This document shows positions 50,501-63,522 of a stretch of DNA of 64,000 nt, piece after piece (position 1 is the first letter of the stretch; every line of letters starts with the position of its first letter). The notes below the pieces were generated by a model. The model was not told the origin of the DNA and did no database searches. It worked only from the letters and a program-made list of their open reading frames with translations. A program made the position numbers and the translations under genes. The DNA comes from Phoronis australis. Its lineage: Eukaryota > Animalia > Phoronida. The DNA is taken from NCBI GenBank assembly GCA_002633005.1, contig NMRA01000179.1, positions 366,759-430,758 on the forward strand, in the 5' to 3' direction.

Positions 50501-53500
50501 AAAACACGTACATCCTTGACAGATAAAAGCTACAGCTGGCTTTTTCTTACTTGTGAAAGGTCAAACTTGAGCACATCATTCATAAAAGAAGGCAACTCGG
50601 TTAACATTGTGTAGAAGCCCCAGTTCTCCGCAAAGTGGGCGACAATGATAGCCCAGACAGGAAGTGATGTCAGCAACTGTTTGAATGGCGGACATGGAGG
50701 CTGTAAAGAAAGGTTTGAATTTTGTGGTAACAAAAAAGCTGATAGTGAAATAGACTGGCTCGCTACTTTAAATACAAAAATCTGCAGTTTAAGGTTTTCA
50801 GTTTAAACTTGATTTTAATTAATAACAGCTGAGAAGACATGAAAAGGAATAACCATAAACATTCGGGTTAATGCACAGGGCAGTTAATTTGGCAAACTCA
50901 AAAATTCGGGGATGGGCACTTACCTGAACTCAAAAAATGAGCAAGAGAGTCACCCTAGACCCCCATGACCTTCAAAATTGAAGTCCACACACCTGAGGTT
51001 CAAAATATTGGGCAGAACAGTAAGGCTTCTGCTGGTGCTCTCTAACCAACTTGAGTATTCAAGTAGCTAAGTAAGTACACAATTTGAGAAAGGAGAAATA
51101 AACCTTGAAAAAATACCCACCAAAATTCTAGGACTGACCTGCCATACAAAGGTCGCCAAAGGCATTGAAGACGGAAATTAGATAGATTGAAGTGCAAAAA
51201 CCCTCCATTTGTTTGAGCTGATCAAATTTCGTAGTTGGAATGACTAAAAGATTTCCCATCAAAAAACTTCAGCATTGTTTGCCCAAAAATGATGCAGTGT
51301 AACTTCACAAAAAAATCTTGTGCTTAACGTTGGTCACATATAACAACAGAATTCCACGAAATTAAAATCCTCAAAAACCTTTGACTTTGTGTCGTATTCC
51401 TAAAATGTTAATATGCAAAATACTCAGGGGGTGGAAATCATTTCATGGTCGCACCTCTATTCCAATTATGATCCCTAAAGCCCAGACCCAGATCACCATC
51501 AAACCTGCGAGATAAGTCCCTAGTCCTGTGACCCTGAACACCACATACACCAGAAATACTCCATACCAAACTCCACTTGTGGGACCAACTTCAGTCCAGG
51601 GACAAGATACCTAATACGGGCTATTCCCCAGTCCTAGAGTTGAACTAGCATGTATGGAGCATTTTCAACAGGTGTGCGGAGTTTGAGTGTGGGTCTGAGG
51701 ATTTACAACCCGGCAGGCCAGGACTGGAATTTAGAGGCACAGCCATGGAACAGTTCTTATCAAAGTTTCCGGTAGAACAACACCCTCTTGTGTCTACCTT
51801 GTGTCCTTGGCTGGTGTGCTTGAGAATGTAGTCGAGCTCCTGTGGTGAAATACCAGGATGTGCTGCTGGCGTCTCTGTGACTAGGAAACACCAGGCAATG
51901 AACCACACAATGGCTATCGAACCTGGTAAATAACAGTCAATGCTGAATAAGACACCACAGAATGACCATGGCAAAGGACACTGTCGCAAATAATGAAGAA
52001 CAGATCAATAATCCTGTAGGGTGTCTTGAGGTCAAAGTAGAATTTCAACATGAAATACTGTCAGTAATAAACCCATGAAACTGTATGGGGTACATGGGAC
52101 AACAAGGTGAGTGGTCGCGGTGAGAAAGAGAGAGTGGGAAATAATAAATTTTCAAATTAAACCAACTGCCATCAATTATTACAATTCAGACATGAGAAGT
52201 CACTGATATCATGTAGACGCAACAGCATTTTGAAAGTCACCCTTCGGCGTAGTGTTGCTTACCAAACACATAGAATATGGCTGGCCATCCGACTTGCTGC
52301 CCAAGAACCCCAGATAGTGGCAGAGACACAACGGTCCCGATGTAAGAGCCAGAAAAAGCTATGGTCGATAGGCGAGTCTTCTCCAGGTCCGGGGCCCAGT
52401 TACTAAAGATGGCCTGAATACACGGGTAGGTCACACCCTGTAAAAGATAAAGTCACTTATACTCAGGATGACCTGAAGACACTGGTAGGACAGGATATGT
52501 TAAGGACATCAAGTAAATGAATATAATAAATGAAGTCAATCACAGCCAGCAGAGAAGTTTGCTGTGGTCTTTAAATGTCAGACAGATACTAAACTTTAAA
52601 AGATCCCACCACTCACATTCAAAATTAATGTTATCTCTTTCAGAAAGAATTTCATAAACAGTATTACAATAGCTGAACAGTCAAAATATTACTTTCCAGC
52701 TAAGAACCCATAATTCAACGTATCTTTATCAGGGACTCATCTAGCGGCCATCCTGGCCGTCATTGGGAAAGCCATTTTAAAAAAAATGACAGCTTGAACG
52801 GCATGGCCAAGACAGAAAAAAGACTGCCTGTTTCAAGACAACCTTGACCTTGTTTATATCAATTTTTCCCTAAGCGAAAGAAGAGGAAACCCCCCTCCTG
52901 ACCTCACCCTTCAGCGCTGTAAGCCTCAGAATCGTGCATCACATGACTCGTCAGTGTCATGAATTTGGACCCCACATTTCAAATCCTAGATGAGTCCCTG
53001 ATATTTATCTAGGAGGCTTCCAACAGCCCTAATAGTGTCCTACTAATGCGTCACGCAATGTGATGTTAGGAACACACAGCTTAGAAGAAAATTAACTCCA
53101 CTGAAAGGCAAACACCTTAGATTGGACAGGTAACCCAACACTTTCATTATTCTTTCTTTTTGAAATCTGAACTCGTTCACTCCCACATTTCTTACATTTG
53201 ATCTACTTAACACTAATAGTAAAATAAGGTGTAGTGGCAGAATAAGGGTATGAGATTGCTTTATTTGTCAATTTTTACCAAGACACTAATTCATTTCAGA
53301 ATTGATAAGAACATTATCAGACATTTCAAACCTAAGGTTATCTTGGACTTTAATAAACGACCTCAACTGTAAGTCAAATATTGCAAAACTATGCTTTAAC
53401 CTTAACTAGATCAGCAAATTTCTTTGTTGTCATATAGTGAAACTGATGCGAAGTAGCAGCCTGAAGTGACTACCCGGACGTGTGAGCGCATTTCTGCGTA

Positions 53501-56500
53501 CTTGGCAGCAAATCGGCATTGGCTTTATTGGCAGTCAAAAAATGTAAAATAGAAAAAAAAAACATCCACACGGCAATGTTTCACCAAACAAAAACAAGTT
53601 TTATCTCAAAACAGTGGGCTGCACACCTGAATTGCAATAACGCGCGAGTGCTTGATTTTGCTGCTCGGACACAATTAACCGGCAGAACAATTCCCCTGCA
53701 GTTGCCGTGACACTTGCTAAATTGACTTCGATTTTCAATTATTAGGGAACATTTATTTCAAATCATGACAAAAACTTAGAACATATACCTAATATGTCGT
53801 CTGAACATAAAAATTCCGTGATTGAAAATGCAAACGGGAGGGGGGGGGCCTGTAGTGAACTGTTATAATCTATGAGCTGAATGTCAGCGACAAGAAAATA
53901 GTGCTGCTACAGTTATGAGCATGATGTAGTATTTTTTTAATCTCATTGTCATAAAATTTCACCCATTCAAGACCCGGGAAGCTAAATAATGAGTTTATCG
54001 CAGAGCACATATGTCCACACAGGCCAGGCAGTTGGGCTCGGCTAGGTAGTAGCTTAATACGCAAAATTAATCCTTCTGGCTGAATGAAGATTATTCCTTT
54101 TACTGTAAACTAATTAATACTTAATTATACTGTTTAGCACCATGGCATGTTTTCTTTCTGAGAAGTTAATAGTTTGCCACCAAATGGTATTCTGTCTTTC
54201 ATTGTTAGCCATCAGCTGACAGGAAGTCGTGGGTTACCACCAGTATTTTAATACTTTCCATAAATTTATTTTCCATATTTTCGCAACCTTAATTGTCAAG
54301 ATATTCAAACTGTATAGCAATTTTAGTTTGATATTGCATGTTCGTAATTGTTATGTTTATACTGTTTACCAGAGAGTTAATTACACCAAAGACTGTTAAC
54401 ATCTTTAATTACACCCAGTAAAACTTGCTTAGCCCAGTCACCATAGTCAGCCTTGTTATTCAATCATTGGCACAAGACTGTTAACTTAGTAACTAGTCTG
54501 TAATTATATGCAAGTGTCTGAAACTGTCTTTATAATGTATAGGGCTCGAGAAGAGAGAGAAGTGTTGCGTAATAAGCTGGATTGATCAACTCTTTATTTT
54601 ACGTAACATGACCAAACAGTGGACTGAGTTACTACTTGGAACATTGTCCCCCATGAAGGTATACTAGAGTGTTTTTTCCTCCAAATGCCAGTTACAATTT
54701 CAATTTTTCCTTACCTCAAAGAAGCCTTCAATAATCCTTATGGCCATTAAAGTTACATAGCCCGATTGCGCTGCCCGTGGGGTAAGAAGAGTTAGTATGG
54801 CTGTGAAAAGTACAGCAAAGCCATACAGCCACTTGCCTCCAATTTTGTTAGCCAAGAAACCTGTGGAACAATATAAATCACACTATTTTGATTTCCTCTG
54901 TTCAAAACATTACACAAATTGCAACTCAACACCGGATGCAATTAGCTAATTAACTAAAGCCCCCCACAACACAATATTTGATTCTTTTGGTTCAGGTTTT
55001 GGAGTGCAACCACTTTGTTTAGGTATTTTTAAAAAAGCAAAACTTTCATTTTACACAAGATTAAACCGAAGACAAAATAGAATGTTATAGAGTTGTTCAA
55101 CAGATTTAGTACTTCGCACTGCTAACTTGATGTATTCAGTTTACAGTTTGCAATTTCGGCTTGAGGTAATTCTAACTGTGTGGGACTTCAATCTCTTGGC
55201 AAATATATTACACACACTGCCTAGTTTTTAAAAAATGACAAATCTTATGGTCAAAAATCAACAGAATTTCAGAACAAAACTTATCACAAACTCCTTCATT
55301 TTCATCTTTTAGAAAACTGTCTATTTACTAACAAAGATAACCATGATATTTGACAGCCAAATTCCTACCGCCGGGCAGTTGTGTAAAAATATATCCATAG
55401 AAGAAGGAAGACAGCAACTGGCCTTGGGACTTTGTACTCCAATCAAACTGTGAAAATGAAAAACAAATTAATTTACATTTAGTTTAAATACCTCGATGTG
55501 CTGGTCTGAGGCCAGCCAATAAATTAGACATCAAACTTGTCAATGACTATTTTTATAGGGTGCAATATAACCTTAAAATAAACTATACAAGTGACAATTT
55601 GACATTTTGAAGAATTTTGCCATTAAGGGACATTACAGTTTTTCTTCCCAAAACATACTGGCCAAAGATATAAAACAACATTTAATATTTTTTTCGTTAA
55701 TATAATTTTATTATAAATCTGTAATTATTGCCGTTGTCTGTCGAACATTCACTAAAATCAAGGCCACTGACTTTGCCAGGTAAATACGTTTAAAATACTG
55801 TGCCATCTACCAAATTTGCATTACAGGTGACTGCATATAAATACCTTTCTTTTTCCATGTCACTTTAATCATAATGGAAAACCTCTCTAAGTTATAAAAT
55901 CACAAGGACATCCATTCAATCTGAGTTTACCAATCTGAAAGTGTTTCGCATTCCTTCCACAGAACTGGGCTATAACTCAGCACATCTTACCAGTGCAGGT
56001 ATGGTTGTGTTTCCACTTGTCCTATTGTTCGTCATAGCAACTACAGCCACGCTGAAGTTAACCCTAAGAGCGTAGACATTAACTGTGAATCAAACAGAAA
56101 AAGAGAATGTTAATGAGAAACAATGCGAATGATTACCGCAGCCTTAGTTACATGAAGTGACAACATACGACTCTGTAGTTTACCCATGGTAAAATCTCAC
56201 CAATTTCAGGAAAAAATTTTTTTTTTATTTTTATGATTTCTAACATTGAGCTGTCAATATCCAAAATTTCAAAGAAACATAATCTGAAGCTATGGCATGA
56301 ACTTAAAAACTGGAAAAGTATGAATTTTCCTAAATGATGGGAAAAAATTCACTTGTCGGCTAAATTGTATCCTAAGTAGGTGAGACTTACTGTACTGTAT
56401 GCACAAGACATAAAATTTCGTGGACTACGGCAAACTCATTTCGGAAATATTTATTCTTGGTCGAAAATGGCGGGCCGTCCAAAAATCATGCGACTTTACC

Positions 56501-56884
56501 GTAGTCATGCACACACATATACCTTACATTCTGATGGGCAGTTTCGCTTCACACATGACGCACAACAGCCTTATTGGAAGTCTTTGCTCATCGGCACTGG
56601 AGTGCGTTATTGAAAATTGACAGCAATTGGTTTCCAAGAATGAGTACTAACACAGGCAGAAAGACAACACAGTAAAACTGACACAAGACAACGTAGTAAG
56701 GTAAGTACTTACAAAATCCAAGAAAGGCCATGAAAGCCACCAGGTAGCGTTTTGGCAACAGACACCTGGTAGGTTTTTCACTCTTGCTGTCACCAAATTC
56801 ATGGCCAAATGCATGGCGTAGAGATGAACTCTCGTCACAGCTGGAATCAGTGGGAAATTTAGTATACTTCCCTGACGACTTCAT
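47521..56884 (-). CDS. SLC17A5: Sialin-like SLC17 (MFS anion:cation symporter) transporter, ~497 aa, 11 coding exons
   Basis: Minus-strand exons 56884-56713, 56082-55991, 55447-55369, 54860-54715, 52437-52263, 51922-51798, 50700-50551, 49569-49437, 49227-49082, 48798-48706 and 47703-47521 (1494 nt, all GT-AG, phase-consistent). Motifs: '[30 protein letters not shown]', '[15 protein letters not shown]', 'EGVTYP', '[10 protein letters not shown]', '[26 protein letters not shown]', '[23 protein letters not shown]', 'EVQPWA'. Orthology within SLC17 is inferred from similarity. Confidence 0.92.
52730..53000. mobile_element. hAT-like MITE (271 bp)
   Basis: Perfect 15-bp TIR CAGGGACTCATCTAG / CTAGATGAGTCCCTG. 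The 8-bp flanks ATCTTTAT and ATATTTAT are 7/8 identical. Confidence 0.85.
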
Positions 56885-58268
56885 GGTCAACAAGCCAGCC
56901 AACTAAACAAGCCAGTAGACTTCAGTCAAGTCCATTTCAGCTCCCTAGAAGTGAAAACAGATGGTTACAAATACAACAATGTCCTACTACCACTAAAATT
57001 TGAAAATGGTCGGCACACAAACTGGTAATCCATCTGTGGGCTTTATTCATCATTCAAAGTATATCATAAAACAAAATTAAAAATAGAAGCAAAAACGCTT
57101 GTTTATAATCAAATAATCCGTTTTGAAATGGGAATTAGCATTTTACAGACGTTGCTACACCAAGACTAATCTAAGTGCATTACCCCAAAGGAACAACAAA
57201 GTATACCCTTGCCAAGCAGCAAGTCATAAAGACATGGCTGAATTAAATGAAAAATGTAAGTCTTAGTTAGAAAGACACATTTTTCTTGGAAGTTCATTGA
57301 TATAAGGGCAATTCCGTGAAAAGGTCAACCAAGAGAGTGACAAAAAACTAAAATTGTGACTACTTAGATTAACATCTCTGGTCTCATCTAAAAGACCAGT
57401 CTCTCTAGTTTCAGGGCCCGTATTTGAATTTCCTATACCTTGCATTTTTTTCTAAACCAACCCATTTTTGGAGGTTACTTAACCTTAAAAAATTACCATG
57501 ATTTTTATGTGTTGCTAATTACGGTATCGTCATAAATTTAGCTAATTATGGGTATTTCACTATATTATAAATTTTGTGCAATCACATGAAGCCTAAACTT
57601 TCTAAAAATATCATTTGACCCGTAGCACATCCTAGACCTCTTGGGGTCAAAGGCCAACTCATGGATATCATTTTGTTGTACATCCGCCACAAAAAGTTCC
57701 AAAAAAGTTACGTCTAAAGTTTTCAATTAAAATTATAATAATTTCAGATTCTCTTTTAACTTGTTTCTCAATACTACTGACCAAAATCCTAGAGATTTTT
57801 TGTTAAGTCAGAAATCACGTGACAGCTATATGGAAAATTTGTATGCCCATCACGTACGTCCGTCACACCCATGAAATTACAGTTTTTCAGCCAATAAAAA
57901 TAACCTTAGGTCTTATTTTCAACTCCCAAATTTGCAGAAGACATAATTTGTCTTACATCCAAGAACTTAAAACAAAAAAAATATTACAAAAACAGCCATT
58001 AATTCAAGAAAAGAAGTTGCTACAGATTTAAAATATATGCGCTGAACTTTTTCAACTTCAAAAGTACTTGCTGAAAAGTTGTACTTCACAGTGTCATCTA
58101 GTTATTCTTAGTAGAATTCAACTTACCGGGTACTAAAATTAGACGGCTTGACATTATAAAATAAAACGAAATGTTAATTGAATGAACTTATTGTGTTCAA
58201 GATATCCTTATCTTTTGGAAAATTGGAGGAAGGAAAAAGTATTCAATTTATACAAAAGTCTAAACAAG

Positions 58269-58512
58269 TGCTCTGCAGTTCAAACAACAGGTGACCTAAA
58301 GGAATACGTGCTAATATGCTCTGCAGTTCAAACAACAAGTGACCTAAAGGAATACATGCCAAGCTGCTCTGCAGTTCAAACAACAGGTGACCTAAAGGAA
58401 TACGTGCCAATATGCTCTGCAGTTCAAACAACAGGTGACCTAAAGGAATACGTGCCAAAGGTGCTCTACAGTTCAAACAACAGGTGACCTAAAGGAATAC
58501 ATGCCAAGCTGC
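58269..58512. repeat. 48-bp minisatellite, ~5 copies
   Basis: Unit TGCTCTGCAGTTCAAACAACAGGTGACCTAAAGGAATAC(G/A)TGCCAA.. repeats in tandem, explaining the 16-aa periodicity of the ORFs on both strands. Confidence 0.96.
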
Positions 58513-60193
58513 TTTTCTGCTGGAATCAGTGTGTTATTTCCACTCTCACCTTCTAAGATATGTTTTGAGTTGAAAAAGCCAATGCTGGGCATTTTTAAAT
58601 GGCAGCAACCTCTGACCTACATGTAATTCATGTAATTGTGTTTTTCAGTATCTTGGGTGGCTGGTATGAGATGACATCATAGCAAATAATTACATCATCT
58701 TTTTACATATTTTTGGCAAAACTTAAGAAATGACTATTTTTTTCTACTGAGCTTTGAGAAGATTGAACCAGCGTTCAGAAACACAAGAGGAAATTATTGC
58801 AGACCAGGGGAAGAACAGAATGATGGGACTGTCAGAGGAACAAATATCTGCAGGAACGTTTTCAGAAACCCGAAAAAATGCCATCATGGATCAAGAAATT
58901 CATAATTACATCTGCATGATGCAATTTCATTTGACGCCTCTCTTTAAAACTGAAAAGAGGACTTGAATTAAACAGCTAAATGAAAGCTTATCACTAAAAA
59001 GGACCTGATAAGTTTATTAGTTCTCTAAATGATAATCCTAATTTAATGTAATTTAATGTTTGCCTTCACACTGCAGGACAGTAGTGGTGTTTTGAATCAA
59101 AATATGAAAGTCATAAGTCGATGGTGTCAACTGAACCATTCTGAACTAATTGCCTACTTCACACTTTGTTATAAGAAGAATCTGAAGCACTATTACTATT
59201 ACTATTACTTTTAAAACATCATCTTTGTTATTAACATGGTCATGCATCAAAACTATACATGGCCCAGACACTAGGTCTGTCCAAGCTAAAGGGCAAGTCC
59301 TATTAAAAAAATAATTAAAACGCATTTTTATTACAAAATGTGATGATTAGTAATGTCTGAAACTTTATTTCCCATTTTAGATATAAACTAGTCACATTTA
59401 CTAACAAAAACTGAATACCTATTCTACTTAACACATAGAAACGGTTTTCCTGATTACAGCCACCATGTGTCAAATGCAAAATAATTAGATTCACTCTCCA
59501 TCCCATCCCATATTGGAAGAGAAATGAGGAATTTAGGAGGTGGCTTTACACCCTTAGCCAAATGTGTTAAGTTAAAATCCTAGAGTACATTCCCAGCATA
59601 AGTTTACCTCAGGTGTTGTTTTCATGGAAGGGTCAGTCGGTGTATTTTGATTAAACGAGCATTGAATCAGTAGCGGAGCACCAACATAGGCTTAAGTACT
59701 AAAGTTTGAAGTATTCTAAAAATAATATCATAGCCACAACAAACAATTTAATACTAGAAATTCAGAGAGTACGTCCGTCACGTCCGTCATACTCACCTTA
59801 CATGTACATCGGCTTGTTCGACAAAAATTTCTGAGAAGATATCGCCAAACTGTTTAACTTTGCAAACATTCCATTAAATCATTACTTAAAACAAAAAATT
59901 GTAACTTCATGCAACTCACAGAAAGTTAACATCAACATTTTTTTCAAAAATTCTCTACATACGTCCGTCACACCCCTTTCAAGGCAATTTTCCCAGTCAG
60001 ATAAAAAATAGGAGAAAAGTCGATACATAAGACCTAACAATTGATGTATCAATTGGTGTTCTAGGAGGAACACGTTCTTCACAATTGATCAAATTGTTCT
60101 CTGATTGTATATTTGTCACAAGTAGAATAACCCATATCCAAATACATGTTATTCACAGGCAAATTTTTACACAATTACTTTATTTTATCAATC

Positions 60194-63080
60194 AACAAGA
60201 GCAATGTGTAGCGTTGAAATACGCCCACAAATGCATCGCAAATGGTGTGCTTCTAGGGTTGTTTATGTGTTTCATAAAAATAGCCATTACATGGTGCAAA
60301 AACGTCCAATACACCTGAAAATGGGAACATGCCAGCGCTCCTTTGATGGAAAGCTTTTTACCAAATTCATAACAAGAGCAACATGGAGTGTTGAAATGCG
60401 CCCACGAATGCTTTACAAATGGTGTGCTTTAAAGGGTTATTTATTTGTATGGAAACTAGATGGCGCAAAAACATACAATCCATCCAAAAACAGGAACATG
60501 CCATATTTCATAAAAATCTGTCAAGGAACTTCAGCGAAACAAATGAAAACAGAATAAAATGAAATTGCCACTAGTGGGCACAGTTGTTATCTTCATATAA
60601 AATAATACACTTACTAAATTTAGTAAAGATCCTGCAGTGGGTTTAAGAGATACAACTATGGGCGCAAAACAAAACTAGGTGCCACAGTAGTAAGTGACCA
60701 TCATCAAAGGTCGCCTTCACACTGAGAACATATATGCCAATTTTCAAATGATTTGGTTGATACAGGGAAGGACACCAAAACAAGATTTGAAAACAGCAAA
60801 AGTGGCCACTAGTTGGTGCAAAATACCTCGATTTCATCCAAAAACAGGCAGATAGCATCATCACACCAATAGATGCCTATATCTAAAATTTTATGAAAAT
60901 TTGTTGAAGACCTTTGAAGATACTGAGTTAAACATAAAAAACCAAAATTGCCACTAGGGGAAACAGCAGTAGTCAGATATGTCTGAAAGTCGTCGTCATC
61001 TGTAGTCAACATCTCATAAATACACTGGCTAAATTAAGTAAAGATCCTGCGAACGGTTTAGGAGATACAGACATAGGCGCAACAAAAACAAAACTGCCAC
61101 TACGAGGCGCCACAGTAGTCGAAATCGTCAGAAAATCATAATCAACTGTCCTCTTTATAGCAAGCACATATATGCCAATTTTCAAAATAATCCTTTGAGC
61201 GGTTTGGTTGATAGAGGGGTGGACGCAAAAAAACTCAAACACCAAAAAAGGCCACTGGGTGGCGCAAACTACGTCGAATCCATCCGAAATCGGTGCCTAC
61301 ATACTAAATTTCATGAAAATCCGTTCAGGACTTTTGAAGATACAAAGGTAAGCGTAAAAAACTAAAATTGTCACTAAGGGGCACACGAGTAGTCGGATCC
61401 GTCCGAAAGTTCGCTCACGCCGTCCCATTCATAAATGGAACATAAGTGCCAAATTTCATGAGCGTATGTCAAAGAGTTTTGGAGATAGAGCAGCGGACGC
61501 CGGATGGACGGATGAACGGACGGACGAACGGAGATAACGGCATAATGCGTCCACATATAAATTTGTGGGCGCATAAAAATCTGTCAAGGAACTTAACAAA
61601 AACAAAAGTAAATGAAAAAATGAAATTGCACAATGGGGCACAGTGTTCATTGGATCTTCTTGAAAGACGTCGTCTGTTGTTAGCCTCATATAAATACAAA
61701 GATCCTGCAGTGTGTTTAGGAGAGGCAGCTATGGGCCCAAAACAAAAAAAAACAAAACAAAACTACTAGCACTAGGAGGCACCACAGTAGTTAATTCGCT
61801 ATCGTCAACCCTCCTCTTCACACTGAGAACATACACACCAATTTTAAAATCATGGCCACTAGGTAGTGCAAAGTTCCTCGATTCCATCCAAAAATGGGAG
61901 GATAGCATCATCCCACCAATACATGCCTACGTTCCAAATTTTCTGAAAATCCGTTGAGGACCTTTGAAGATACAGAGGTAAACCTAAAAAGCTAAAATTG
62001 CCACTAGCGGGCACACTCATCTGGTAGTCAGATCCATGCGCAAGTTGTTGTCATTTGTTGTCAACATCACATATATACACTTGCTAAATTGAGTAAAGAT
62101 CCTGCAAACGGTTTAGGAGATACAGCCATGAGCACAAAAAAAACTGTCCCTAGGAGGCACCACAGTAGCTGAAGTCATTGGGATATTGTCAGCTTCATAG
62201 TAAGAACACACAGGCTAATTTTCACAATCATCCTTAGAGCGGTTTGCTTGATAGAGGGGTGGACGCCAAAAAACAGGCTAAAAACAGCAAAAATGGCCAC
62301 TAGGTGGCCCAAACTACGTCAAATCCATCCGAAAACAGAAGGATAGCATCATCTCACTAATAGAAGCCCATATGCCATATTTTATGAAAATACGTTGAGG
62401 ACCTTAGATGACACAGAGATAAACAAAAAAAAAAACTAAAATTGCCACCAGGGGCACACTAGTAGTTAGATCCGCCCAAAAGTCGTCGTCATTCATTGTC
62501 ATCGTCATATAAATACCCTTGATAATTTAGTACAGATCCTGCCAACGGTTTAGGAGTTACAGCCTATGGCACAAAAACAAAACTGCCACTAGGAGGCACC
62601 GCAGTAGTCGAAATCGTCAGAAAATCATCGTCAGCCATTCTCTTCTGAGAACACACATGCCAATTTTCACAATAATACTTAGAGCAATTTGGTTGATAGA
62701 GAGGTGGACGCCACAAAACAAGACTTGAAAACAGCAAAAATGGCCACTAGGTAGCACAAACTACATCAAATCCATCTAAAAATGGTAGGAAAGCGTCATC
62801 CCACTAATATATGCCTATAGGGCTAGGGCACAGTATTAGCCTGGATTTTGCCCGTCAGACAATCGCACCCTAGAACTGCCAAATAGAATCTGGGAGAACT
62901 TTAGGGGGGCCATGGCACCCTTGGCCCCCCTCTAAATCCACCACTGATTCCCATCTATGAAAGGAACAAAATTATGTGCAAAAATTAATGAATTAATGAA
63001 CGTACATCCAAGGGTTTTGGACGCCAGACACTGGATGGACGGATGACTGTCAACAGATAATTTTTGACATGTGGCCATTC
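60194..63080 (+). mobile_element. Composite pearl/HINE-like array: an outer copy containing a complete inner copy (60371-61579)
   Basis: Two AACAAGAGCAA heads occur at 60194 and 60371, followed by many GCCACTAG core subunits. The inner copy ends with a (GGAC)n-type microsatellite (~61495-61530), a hairpin ATGCGTCCACA..TGTGGGCGCAT (~61546-61574) and an A-run. The decayed tail of the outer copy is at ~62950-63080. Confidence 0.85.
62818..62946. mobile_element. Fragment of a CAGTGG(C/T)GGAT-ended MITE inside the repeat array
   Basis: Ends ...GGGGGGCCATGGCACCCTTGGCCCCCCTCTAAATCCACCACTG, a terminus typical of common metazoan MITEs. The other end was not found. Confidence 0.4.
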
Positions 63081-63522
63081 AAGTAAATTTTAGTTGATAA
63101 TAAAATTGAATTGCTATAGTTAACAGTGCTCGTGCCAGGAGATATATGAAGTCGTATTTTCTAGTGCGAGCACAGTTAACTATTGCAAGTGTAAAAATGA
63201 CCAGCTGCCAAATCGCAAAAAGCTTGATAGTGGGAGTATTTGTTCGAGCTGGGAAGAATTAAAGACATCAACGGCCACCTAACTCCTAAGGAGTCCATCT
63301 ATCCCAATAGGTATTTATAGCAACTTGACTTTGATGGGGTAAAAACACATGGATGACACCAGCAAGAACGTGTTTGTTTCCTATTTATAAAATCAAAAAA
63401 ACATAAAATCATCATGCAGCTTGCTTTAATATGTCGCGAGTGTAAAAAGTTATTGAGGGAACAGGACATCTTTGCGCGACCCAGACTCTCAGCAATGTTG
63501 TAGACCAAGTAAGCCACCACAC

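Noticed and set aside
58182-58487. ORFs with 16-aa repeats on both strands (CSAVQTTGDLKEY...)
   Set aside because: A by-product of a 48-bp tandem repeat whose length is a multiple of 3. There is no splice or homology support.
60085-61957. Cluster of short ORFs in the repeat array, and similar ones at 10.2-10.5, 13.3-13.7 and 17.1-17.9 kb
   Set aside because: These are chance frames in the non-coding core repeat. They resemble each other only because the DNA is repeated, and no transposase or Rep/helicase motifs are present.
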